Shown piece after piece: positions 37,317 to 49,559 of a stretch of 64,000 bases of DNA. The DNA is from Selaginella moellendorffii. Lineage: Eukaryota > Plantae > Lycopodiophyta. The DNA lies in assembly GCF_000143415.4 (NCBI RefSeq), contig NW_003314264.1, positions 662,774-726,773 on the forward strand. The letters run 5' to 3'. Made by a program: the position numbers and the translations under genes. Under the pieces are notes generated by a model. That model saw nothing but the letters and a program-made list of their open reading frames with translations, made no database searches and had not been told where the DNA came from. Within the stretch, counting starts at the first letter, position 1, and every line of letters begins with the position of its first letter.

Positions 37317-40300
37317 TCAGACTGTTATTTTTTGCCTCCAACGCCTATACAATAATCTTGGAATTTCATCACTCTCCACACTATCAGGATTTAAACCCAA
37401 TAGTAATGCCATCTCTTCTCTAATACGTCCACGCTCATGTTTAGTGGTTGAAGAACCCATCCGGTTGAGCAGATTATGGAGATGCGGATAGTGCTTGGCT
37501 AGACAATATACATGCCATAAATGATGACTGGTGTCTGTCCGATCAAATGGCTTCTGATATACCGTTCCATCTGCCATTTGGTTGATTTCTGCAGCCACCT
37601 CCTGGACTGACCGGTTCTCTATCACCATCGCTCCAAGCCGTTTTGCAAGGTCCCCCAGAACATATGGTTTCTTCTCCCTAGTTTCCATACTGCAAGAGAT
37701 GGGGTGCACTGCATATGTGTGCGTGTTCGCTGCAGTTTTAATCGGCGAGTCATCGATGATGAGGATTTCACTTGAGCTAGCAGTCCGGTTCATCACTACA
37801 GCCTCTAGCTTGACAAAGATGGGCTTGCTACCCCTCACATGGACCATAGTCAAGCAATCCTCCTGCGTTAGGAGAAAGTCAAATGGTAATATTACTCGCG
37901 TCTGATCGTGCATCATCTGTAGCAACGTTAATGCATTGTGGCGCATCATGGATGTCCAAACTCCCAATTGCAAATTGAACCCGGCCCTCTGTTTTAAGTG
38001 TCGCATGGTCATTATTAGATCCCGCAGTTTCTCCCGTGTGATTAATGTGAATCTGTCTCTTTTGACCAACTTGCGACCGCAGGCTTTGGAGGGTGCAATG
38101 ACATTCGAGGACGAGCCACGCTCATGGGAGAAAAGGACACCGTTCAGATAAAAAATGATAGAGTACCTTCGCCGTAACTCTGAAATGAAATGCGTCAGCA
38201 TAAAAAATGGTACAAGTCAATTTTACCATCTATAATATTAGCGAATGGTGCTCCCGATGGTCGTTGAGAGGGTTTTGGTCGAGGAAACGTGAAGGGCGGA
38301 AATACTCTCCTCTGCAATGTGGGGTCAATCGCATCCGATGGCGTGTGGGCACATGCCATTTCAGCTGTAGACTCTGGTACAACTGGCTCAACAGTAGCAT
38401 GGGGTGGTTCCGATGGCGTGTGATCACACGCCATTTCAGCTGGTGCCTCCGTTGGCAAAGTGGACATGACCGAACAGGCAGCAGAGGCGGTGTAGGGAGG
38501 TTCCAACGGCACGTAGTCAGACGATTGGGCACACGTTGAGTCCGTTGGAAATGAGGATACGACCGGCTCGGCGGCTGGGGCGGCCTCATGCGGGTCCAAT
38601 GGCGCCTGGTCACCGTTAGTTGGATACGTGGACAAGATTAACTCAGTGGTATGGGCAGCATCAAGTGGAGCATGGTCAGCTTGCTTGGCGTTGATATGGA
38701 TAGTAGCCTCCACCAGCTCTGATGACTCTTGCAGGCAAGTAGAGTCCACTGGCGGATCCATATGCATGTCCAAATATCTCCCTTCGATTGAGATGGTATC
38801 CTCCCGTGCTACTAAAAACAAACTCATTAGCACATTGAATCGACTATACTGTATTTACCATCAACTGCTATTGAGGAACTAGGACCGATATCATTTGGGC
38901 GCACTGCTGATTCTGAAGGATTGGACATACGTTTCGACCCTTGCTTGGCACTATCCTTCCTCGACACTAAAGGCTAGAGTTTGTAAATTCAACTGAATAA
39001 TCTCTACTTACCATTTGCTCTGCGACCTACATGGACAATGTTAGAAATGGTAAAATGTTAGGAATGGATGTACTATTATTTACCTGATGGTTTGTCTTGT
39101 ATGACCTTCCTCCGCTGCTCTTTGGCCACCTCAGGCTGGCCATCGTCGTCATCATCGTCGTCGTCGTTATTGTGATCGTCACCATTGTGAGGACCATCGA
39201 AGTCCTCTTCGTCCTCCTCTTCTTCGTCCTCCTCTTCTTTGTCCTCCTCTTCGTCCTTCTGCTCTTCCTGCTCATTATCTTTCTCTGGCTCCTCATCCCC
39301 CTCTTGCATTTCTTCCATAGGCTGCTCAGGCTGGATGGCTTGTTCTTCTAGGACCATCTTGGGAAAATCATCTGGCCGAGTCTCCATCTCAAAATACAAG
39401 ACATCCATAGCCTGTTTTAGTGCGTGACCTCACCCGACTGTCTTAACATGGTTTCTGCACGTTCTTGCACCCTTCGAAGACGACGAGATGAGAAAAACGT
39501 GGCCCTGACTTGAAAAGCATCCCTCATCCATTGTACCTTTCCATTGAGATTGGGGAAGGGGAGTCCGCCATAGGAATCTGAGTCATGAGGTGGTGACTAC
39601 CTGCTTTCACTCAGCCCTTGATCTGCAATGAATGGCATGAGCACACACGCCATAACCGCAAGGCATTACCTATCATCTTTTCGTTGCCCTTCTTCCTTTT
39701 CGAATCAAACGCCTCTGATCTCGACGACTGTCCAACGTGCTTTCGCTTTTTATGACCACTGTCAATTTGAGCTTGGCTGGTGCTTGTCTGTTTTGCCTTT
39801 GAAGAAGTTTCTCCTGCAAGGAATGGCATGAGACCACACGCCATTGCAAATATAATTTGTACCTCCTTTTTTCCTATTGCTTGTCTATTTGTCCTTCTTC
39901 GATGCGCCACCAGTGCGCTTTTCAGTCCTCGTGTCTGAATATTCACATGATCTATAATCAAAATGGCGTGAGGCCTCACGTGACCTTACCTTGTGCAGGT
40001 TGTGAGCTCGGCCCAACATGGGTATCTTCAACATTAGCTGTTAACGCCGTTTCAGCATCTGGGGGTGGCCACGCTCCTGCATACAGAGCTTGTGAGATAA
40101 CATTTAAACTTAAAGTGCGTACTCACCAGGTTCGCAGAGAAGATACTGTTTTTCTTTGGCAACTGTAATTATATGCTCCATTGAAGTCACCTCTTCAATG
40201 GAGTTTGTCACCGCAACACACGGGACACCCTTGAGTAGTGCGGCTCGAAAGAATAGTCCGCCGCAGTTGTACTCGACAACGCATTTGCCCTTGGAGTCGG

Positions 40301-42925
40301 AAGCAGGTGACCCACCCGCTATTGCGTTGAAGACCCAGCTGAGCATTTCCCATGCTGCACCTGGAGCTTTCTTTGGATTCGAAAGCTCCATAGCCGTCTT
40401 CAGTTCCTCAGGCACGGGTAAATTGACCTCCCTCAGATCAATTCGATTGGCCTTGTCGAACGAAGCTGGGAAGTCACTCCAGTCCCACTCTGCTGCAGGA
40501 CCAATAACAAGGGCGAGTGTGAAGATGAGGACATTCGTCGGTATCTTCTTCTTAGCCATTATCCCATGGATCTCCCGCATCTCCTTGCCTTTCAACCGAG
40601 CCTTCACCTTGTTCAAGGCCTTCCAGAACTTGTGATAGGATTCGGAGTCGTAGATCATATAGTGGACTGAAGATTCCACCTCCGCAAGTCCCACCATTAA
40701 GTCAATGATGGAGCTGACTTCGTCTGCATGAGTGATCTCCTCGTTTGTGAAGTCCATCACAAAAAAGATGTTCTTGACCTGTTCATCTCCGCGGGAAACG
40801 ATGCTCCTCCACCTTTGATCCTCATCCGAATTCAAGTATACCCGGTAAGGTTCTCGATAGGCCTCTGCTGCGGGGTCGAGCTGTTTCTGAAGCCGGCGGT
40901 CGACATCAATCTTAATGAAATTTGGATACTGATCCAACTTCTCAGCTTTACTTTTCGTGGCTTCCCGCAGCAGATCGATGAACTTGGGGGCCCCCTTCAC
41001 GTACTCGTCGATGTCTTCATTTGACAACTCTAGCGCTTCCATCATCTCTTGCGTGGTGTCGATGCTCACCCTCTCCACGGCCACTTGCTCGAAGATCCAA
41101 TCCTTCAATAGCGCACGAGCTCTCAGAGTCGTGCACAAGTCCTTGTATGTCACAATATGGCTGGGAGTCATTTTGGTCTTGTTGAAGACTACCTCACCAC
41201 GTAAAAGAGCATTAGCCACTGTCAGAAGGTGGTCGTCGTCTAGAGACCGCGAGAAACGCAAGGCGTTGAGCTTCAAATCATTGGGCTTCCGGCCGTCCTC
41301 CACACCCATTGAGTTTGGCAACTCCCCGTCATGGTACCTCCTCAGCACATCTACCCATTTGTCAAAAACAACTTTTGTCGCGAGTAGAATGTTATGGATG
41401 CTGAGTGTGTCATTGACCCCCAGTGTTTTCGAGAGAAGACTCGAGAATTCCTGCAATGGAAATGGCGTGAGGCCACATGCTATGCCACATGCAACGAGGC
41501 TTACCTGCCAGGCGCTAGTTGCTAGTGCACGTCCTTGTCCTGGTTTTTGTGGCTTCTTCAATTGAACCTAGAGCTTCCGTGTTCGTGCCAATGTCTCGTG
41601 CAAACCCGATTTGTAGCACGTTTCTTGCTTGACATTCTGCGCGTGGGAGATGTATATGATAGATCGGAGGGGCGAGTTGCCTTTTATCAGGCGGACAACT
41701 CTTGTCTTGAAGACTTTCTTCACCTCCTCGCCCACCATAATATCCACAACTATCTCTTGCATCGCCAAGCTAGAATGCTGCCCAGAGACGGCATAGAACC
41801 GGATGTTCTGATCGTCCAACACCTTCCTATTGATCAAGTCTGGAAACCTCGTCTCGCCCTTCATTGTTCGGTAGTAGGGGATCACGTCTGCGATGTCGGG
41901 TGTTACTGGACTTGCCAGCATCTTCTGCTTCAGTTTCTCCACCCACTCATCAGATACTAGCCTGTGGTTGTATTTGCTTTGGATGTCGATACGGCTCACG
42001 TCGATTGTATATACTTTGTTGGAATAGTAACAAGTACTATTATCTGCGACGATTTTTGCTGCCTCTTCTTGCTCTTTCTGCTCTTTGCGGCTCTTCTTTT
42101 TGGTGGGTGTAGTGTTCGAACCCGAGGCAATGGCATCCCTGAGTAGCTTCTTTTTTGGAGCAGGAGAGTCGGACGTCGGCTTAAGCTTGACCACACTTTT
42201 CTACTTCGAGGTAGTTTCCAGATCGACCCCCTTCCCCTTTGCTTCGCGAACTGGAATCACTCTCAACGGCTCAATGTTGGAATATAGTTTTTGAACATCG
42301 CCGTAGGTGAGGTCCGTGGATTCCATGTGATCTTCATAGACCCGCAGCGTCTTTGAAATTGTGGGCCTCCTGGACAACCTCTCCCTAGCTCCCTCTAGGA
42401 ATTCCTCATAGCCGCTGCCCCCCTCTGGGAAGCCGCTAGGATGTGCAAGGTGGATCTTGAAGGCAGACGCTGTCTCTACCACAAGTGCCAGTCCATATTC
42501 TTGCATGGAACTGCATGGAGTGTCTGTCACTTGGATGAGGATCCCCATGCATTCTTTTCTCCCACCATCTGTGTTCTACAGCCTCAGATCCTCGCCTTCC
42601 ATCCCGAAAGTCCAACTGGTGAGCTCCTCCCCCTTCTCTGCATCCACATTGACAGTGGCTGGAAGAAGAACGCAATTCCTCGCCTGTTCAGAAATGCACA
42701 ACAATTAGAGCTGACAGATGAAAAGCTAGTAGCTGGAAATAACGTGAGGCCACACGCCATTCACCACTGCATCAGATGTCTTGAGGCTGCATCCTAAGAT
42801 GGCGTGAGGTTACACACCATCTATAACCGGACTGCACTCGAGAGCCCAATCGGTGCATGCCAATGTTGCTACTGAATGGCATGTGGCCTCATGCCATTTT
42901 CTACTTGGCCTAAAAGACTTACCAT
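37317..42925 (-). pseudogene. E3 cargo gene, disrupted
   Basis: Last exon open for 294 aa (FCP1/NIF-like); 483-aa and 208-aa ORFs cover the MTase-like and ParB-like parts; stops at 42201 and 41568. Confidence 0.75.
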
Positions 42926-45306
42926 TTGAAGCCGAATGGAGGCGTGACAACCGGACTCGCTGGCGAATGTGCACTGCGTGTGCAGCGGATCGTAGCAGCA
43001 AGGCTACTCTGCCACTTACAGTTGGAGAGTGGCGCTGAAATCTCCCGGGACGCCAAGTGGGCTGCGTGTGGGTGGCGGAGTGGGTGGCGGAGTTGGCGGC
43101 GAAGTTACAAACTGGGTGTGTCTTGAAGTGGACGCCGATGCACACGAGCGCAATGCGAGCGCGAGTGTGATGCAAGCGCGAGTGGACGCCGATGCACACG
43201 AGAAACCTGTAGAGAAGTGGGAGCGCGAGTGGGAGCGCGATGCGAGCGCGAGTACGAAGCAAAATGCAAAACCTAACCTCACACGCGCGAAATGTCACGA
43301 CGGTTGGTAATCCCGCCATGTCATCATTCCTCGGACTTGGGCGCCACCATTAATTTCTGGATTGCCGCGCGCATGCGTGAAATCCAAAAGAAATCCGCAA
43401 CGTCATCATTCCTCGGACTGCATGCACGCGAAATCCAAAAGAAAGATCATGATTGGGATATCATTTAATACCCTCGCTATATTTATACCATGCATGATTG
43501 GATATTCCAAAGCATCTTGTATTTCCAAAAATGCCAGATGTTCAGCTAAATAAATTGTCAGAGGATTTGATGTGGCGTTCAAGCGTGTGGGCTCATACAA
43601 TTTTGATCCCAAAAAATGCACCAAAAAATGCTCGGCGTCATCTGGCATTATCTCTTGAATGGCGTGGGGCCGCATGCCATTTTCAGGAGCACATAGGAGT
43701 ATATTCCTAGAATATTCTGACACGTGCGAGATTGTTTTGAGTTTCCTGGAGATCCAACCGTTAGATCGCAACTAGATTTTACAGAATGGTATACAATGTC
43801 CTTCTTGATGACCCTGCAAAGAAGCATCTCGATCGGACACCACATGAGACCACACGAGCCTTACAATGTTTCAGGGGCATTTGCCATAGATCCGACCGTT
43901 ATTTTGCTCCAAGATTCTACACTTTGGTGTGCATTGACCTTTCCATCGACACTACAAAGGGACATCACAATCAGATGTGGGATCACAAGAAACCAACTTC
44001 ACTAACTCTGGTTTCACCAAGATCTACATAATGAGTTATGAAATGAAAGGACCCTCTCTATTGAAATGTGTTTATGGTCCTAGAGGCATTGTGACATATC
44101 AAAGGATTTTGCATCAAGTTCTGTATTTGCATGTTTATCAAGCTACTGAATTGCTAAACCCTAAACCCTAAACCCTAACCCTAAACATGTGGCAAATGCT
44201 GCGTGAAGAAAGATGCCCTTTCTGGGCAAATGCTGTAAGAGGCAGATTCCGAGCAGATGTATCTCAGGCTAGCGAAGGGGACAAACGAAAGCTAGCTATA
44301 AACATGACGGGATGCAAATAGATTACTAGGCTGGTCCTGCGAAAATCAAAAACCATAATTGAAAACATTGAAAATGCAAAAAGAAAGGTTTATAATATTT
44401 TTGAATTTTAAGCAACCAAATGAATGTAAGTAGGGCATGTGTTTGTAAGTTTAAAAATGCCTCAACCACTTAAATTCCCAAGTAAATAAAGCTGTTTCTA
44501 TTTTTGGTACAAGTAAACTTTATAGCGTGTGGGCTCATGCAATTTTGAACCCAAAAATGCACCAAAAAATGCTCGACTAGCATTATTCTTTGAATGGCGT
44601 GTGGCCTTATATTGCCATAAATGGACGTACACACACAGCATAATTATTCCTTTACACGGCGAATAATCTTGGCGCGGATCGCTGACATGGCATGGCAAAG
44701 TTCGAATCACTGACATGGCACAGCTGGATCGAGGCAAGGACATGATGTGACAAAGTTCAACCTCCAACAGCAAAGTCTAGAAGCTACTCAATTTGAAATT
44801 TGTCAGAGGAATCATAAGATCTGGTTTGTCAGAGGATTTGATGTGACGTTCAAGCGTGTGTTATTTTTGAATTCTCGAACTCATTCCTAGGTCTATCATT
44901 TTTGTGCGCCGTGTTCTTGGTTCCGCTGAGCGCAGTGAGCGCTGCTTGTGTAAGCGGCGTTGTGAGCTGTGGTTTATGCGTCTACAAGCGGTTGCGGCAT
45001 TGCGAGTGCCATTGCGAGCGGCAGTTTATGCGAGTGGCAGTTTGTGCGAGCGGCGCTACGAGCAGTTGTGGTGTTGCGAGCGGCGCTACAAGTAGTTGCG
45101 GTGTTGCGAGCGGCACTGTCTTTGGTGTGGCTACCGCTTCCTCTTGATATTCGGCACTTGTGCTTCCTGGTATGTTCACCATGGAATGGTTTAGGACCAC
45201 ATTTAGAAATGGCATGAGGCCACATGCCATCTTGGGCCCTTGCAATTTCATGGCTAGCGTATTGTCATGTATGTTTTTACTTGCCTGCAGTTGTGTGTAT
45301 ATCAAG

Positions 45307-45498
45307 ATGGCATGAGGCCTCATGCCATCTTTGGCCCCTGACAGCCTATTGCCATATTCCTTTTGCCTTGCTGCAACTTTATATATTTTTGTATGGGTGA
45401 CTAGTCACGCCCACAAAAATATATACAGTTGCAACAAGGCAAATGGAATATAGCAACAGGCTAGCAGGGGCCAAAGATAGCATGAGGCCTCATGCCAT
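45307..45498. repeat. 192-bp foldback bounded by two 22-bp palindromes (E3 only)
   Basis: Imperfect inverted arms centred on GTGACTAGTCAC (45397-45408); each end is an AT(G/A)GCATGAGGCCTCATGCCAT palindrome. Confidence 0.9.
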
Positions 45499-45527
45499 TA
45501 GTGGTACCACTAATGGTATGAAGACTC

Positions 45528-48500
45528 TGGCGAAAAGGTTCACATTTTGAATGGTGGGAAGATAGTTGCAAAAGCGACCCTTGTGTCTATGGATCGGAAC
45601 TTTGTTATACACTGTCAAAGGCTTGGGGAAGGCAATGCTGCTGTATCAATAGAGACTGTCTTCGATGGGAATGTGGTCGCTATTGAACGAGGAGAGATGG
45701 TCGTCGGGGTAAATGTTGTTGTTGCCTTGAAAAATCTTCAGAAGAAAGCAGATGTTGGGGACAGCGCAAGTGCGACGCATGTTCCCTCCGTGGATCTTAA
45801 GAACCGTGCTACATGGATTCAGGCAAAGGTGTTTCTAAACAACCCCGAGGGGGAGGTGGTAGCTGAGGGCTTAGCCACAGTTGTCGATCCAAGAGATGCG
45901 GTTGCTAATCAAGAATTGGGCTACGATGATATTGGAGTTGCGATTTTAGAGGTTGTTGACACAGAAGAAAACAGTCTGACTATTAGAAGCATTGTGCGGT
46001 GGAAATTGAGGCACTTAGTGTTTGAGAATGTGAAGGATTCACACTCAAACACCACTACAACTGATGACAGAACATCTCTTCATGGGAAAAGAAAGTACAC
46101 CTTCCTAAAGCGCAGCCAAAGGGATCTGAGCAACAAACCGAAAAGGCAGAAAATGGCGATGGAGGTTCGAATTGTCTCGACAGTTGCTTGTTGCAAGAGG
46201 AGGTGCTGTCAACATGCTGATTGGGATGCTATTGAAGAGGAGAGAGCAAGATACAAGACATTGTCCTAGAAGGCAACTCGCAATTTTGTGTATGAGGCAT
46301 TACGGTCATCTGTTGATGCTTCAGAACATCAGGTGGGGGGCATGGTCTTCCAGAGGGGTTTGGTCTGCATGAAGGCATGGAGAATCATTTATGGAGTCCC
46401 TCGAAGCACATTCTACAGAATCAAAACTGAGTTCGAGGAACAAAGGGTTCAACAGGAAGTCCATGGGAACGACGGTACGCACAAACCAGGGGTCATGTTG
46501 TATATGGAGAGGCAATCTTCAAGAGGTTTGTCGAGACATGTAGCGAGCAGCAACCACATAAAACCCGCCTCTTGGAAGATGGAACACGAGACACCCAACG
46601 AGTTCTCTCTTCCATGTATACCAAGGGGGCCATATTGGAAGATGTGAATCGGGAACTCCAGAGTAATGGCTATAGGAAGCTGAGCAAATCTAGATTTAGT
46701 AGATTGTGGAGCAACAGGTTCAGGGATGTGAGTATAGGAAATTACTCCAGCTTTTCAAAGTGTGACGAGTGCACTGCTATCAAAATGGCTTTGTCGAAGA
46801 ATTCTTGCAGCGCTCAAGAGCGAGAGACGTTGGTTAGAAGGCGGCTCGACCACAACATCGAGTAGAGAAGCTGCAGGACTGCATATTATCATAACAGGAT
46901 TCTCTCCATGGAGAGACCTGACTCTTACCTCTGCATCATCCACGACAAAATGGACCAGAAAAAGACATGCTTACCTCGACTCAATCCTGCCCCCAAGGCA
47001 ATCTCTTCATCCATGCAGCTGCCTGTGTCTCTGGTTGGCATAATCGCTCATGGGCATGGTGCCCAGAACTATGGGAACTTCTTTGTACCTCTATGGGGTG
47101 GTGGGGGTGCAAACATGATGATTGCGTCCCTAGCAAAACACTTAAGGTCTCTGCAAAGTGCGCAGACTGAGCTGAACGGCCAACCCTTGCATAAGGCCCT
47201 TGTCGATCGAACCCCATACAGGGTTCAGCTGGAGGAGGAGCAAAGGCTTGCAGTATCGCGTGGGGCCCCATGCCATCCCAGTGAATATGTTGGCCGTCAG
47301 ATTGTAGGGTTATCACGTGAGGCCTCATGCCATTCCGACGAGGCTGGTCGCCCGGTGAATGCACAGCCTCATCCAAACGAAGCAGAATCTCAAGGAAGTT
47401 CTTGCGGCCGATGTGGCCTTCCACCCCATCTTCTGCTCCAAATAGACAATGCTGGCAGTGAGAACAAAAACATGTACGTCTTCGCGTACTTGGCGATGCT
47501 TGTTGCCAAAGGCATATTTGAAATGGTTACACTTGGCTTTCTCATGGTTGGGCACACTCATGAAGACGTCGATGCCATGTTCAGTCACCTGGCAGAGTCC
47601 CTCCGGCGATCCAATGTCCTCACCCTCCCACAACTCTACGATGAATTCCAAAATTGCATCAAAGGCACTGTTGAAGCTGCACTTGTGACAGAGGTTCCAG
47701 ACTTTAAGGGGTTTGTAAGAGGCTACATCAGGGACGGATCCGAAACGCTGATTGGCCACTCCAAGCCTCTTCAGTTTCATTTCAGCATGCGTGACGGTGC
47801 TCCAGTGATGAGGTACAAGATGAGAGAATGGGACACAATGTGGCTGCCAGTGGATGGCATTGAACTCTTCAAGAGAGATCCCATAACTGGGGAACCTATG
47901 ATTCCTCAGGGTTCCCCACGGCCGATGCACCCGGATGGACTCAAAGACCAGGAAAGTATAGTGGCCGGGATTAGACAGCATATTGCCTTCTGGAAGAGGG
48001 GGTTGGTGTTTGGTGGAGAATCCTATTTTAAGAGGTGCAAGCCTTTGCTCGAATACTGGGAGAAGATTATATCTGCTATCCAAAATGGGCCGGTTGTATA
48101 TGAAGAATTGGAAGAGTCCTTTTGGCCAGAACCCAGAGCACCAGATAGTAGCGGAACAATGTCCTCTGGAAATGCAATGACAGATAACGATGTTGAGGAT
48201 CACTATTATGGGCCGAGGAACAAGAAGCCGGATTCAGCATTCAATCCAGTACAGGTCTTCAAAGGAATGGTTGTGCTTGTCAGACCCAGTAATAAAAAAC
48301 AAATGATATGGGTGGGGCGCTGCATCACTGATGCAGAGGAGGACGCGGAAACTAACTCCTTCAATGTAACTGTGGAGTGGTTCAAGCCAAGTTCCGGATA
48401 TACGAAGGATTGCCTAGAAAAGAGATGGGTGCTGAATCCAAGGGATCCCAGCATGAGCATATCGGTGGATAATGTTGTGCATGGTTGGATGCGGAAGCAG

Positions 48501-48581
48501 AGTGCCACCATCACCTTGCCAGACCATGCAAGAGATGCAGCAAGAGCATTCATAACCCGGGTTCAAGGTGAGATTCATTAA
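45528..48581 (+). pseudogene. E3 Sola-type transposase; start replaced, N-terminal half disrupted, C-terminal 557 aa open
   Basis: ORF 46908-48581 holds the full catalytic core HDKMDQKK / LQIDNAGSENKN / GHTHEDVDAMFS; stops at 46267 and 46863; frameshift near 46485. Confidence 0.88.
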
Positions 48582-49559
48582 TATTCCTTTACTAAGTTTC
48601 TAATGTATTTTATTTCAAGGTGAACAATCCGAATCTGAATCAGAGGAGGCGTGATGGCATGTGGCCCTTTGCACTAGTATATCTTAATACCGGTCTGAGA
48701 AATAGAATGGCATGTGCCCTCATGCCTTTTACTAAATCACCTTTGAAAGAAATGCAAGCCTCTAGGTCGTAAAAAAAAGGTACTAGAGAAATTCCTTAAT
48801 AATATGAATGTTATTTAGTTTCATGAAAATACACTAAGGGTCAAATGAGTTAAATGACTTCTCCAGACTAGCAATGCCTCTTGCTACACCTTCACAATTA
48901 GATTCGTTAGAAAAAGATAACATTGAATAATATCTAAATGTTCTCACCATTAAGTTATATGTTTGGCTAATAGGAATGACGTTCATCTTGGAAAGCTCAC
49001 CACACGCTCAATGAACAAACAAATAGTGTGTGCGCGCATGCCATCGCTCTTCTTTAGCTTCAGATTTGGCTTGTTCACCTTGACAATGAGATTTATTATA
49101 CAACCAGATGGACTCAGTCTGGACACAAAGTCACCGCGCTAGTCACCATGCCCCAGATATGTCTAGCCCGTGGACAAAAAACATATAATTTCACGTCATT
49201 TTCAAATACTTGAAAATTTGTACCTAGTCCCATTTTACTGAATAAATCCCACTTTAACGAAATAGAGCTTCTTTTAAGTCAGCCTCAGCCTCTTCTATAG
49301 CATCTCTAGCAAAAGTTTCCTCCTCTTGATTTGCCCATCTAGAACTTTCAACATCATCAGCACGGTTCCCTTTCACCATCTCGCTAGCTGCATGCATGCC
49401 TATATCAGTAATTAAACATGCATACAACATTTTTACCAAATGGTGCAATCCCATTAATCCTATATAAATCACTTTAGATTTACTAAAAAAGTCTCTACAT
49501 AAGCAACTTGAGTTAGAATTTCTAACAAAAGGTGAATAGGAATCATTGAGACAAATCCT

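Larger units (their letters stand above)
36875..49270. mobile_element. E3: 12.4-kb copy of the Sola-like transposon (same orientation as E2)
   Basis: TIRs at 36875-36898 and 49247-49270; 4-bp TSD CTTT (36871-36874, 49271-49274); ~940-bp internal deletion near 48666. Confidence 0.92.
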
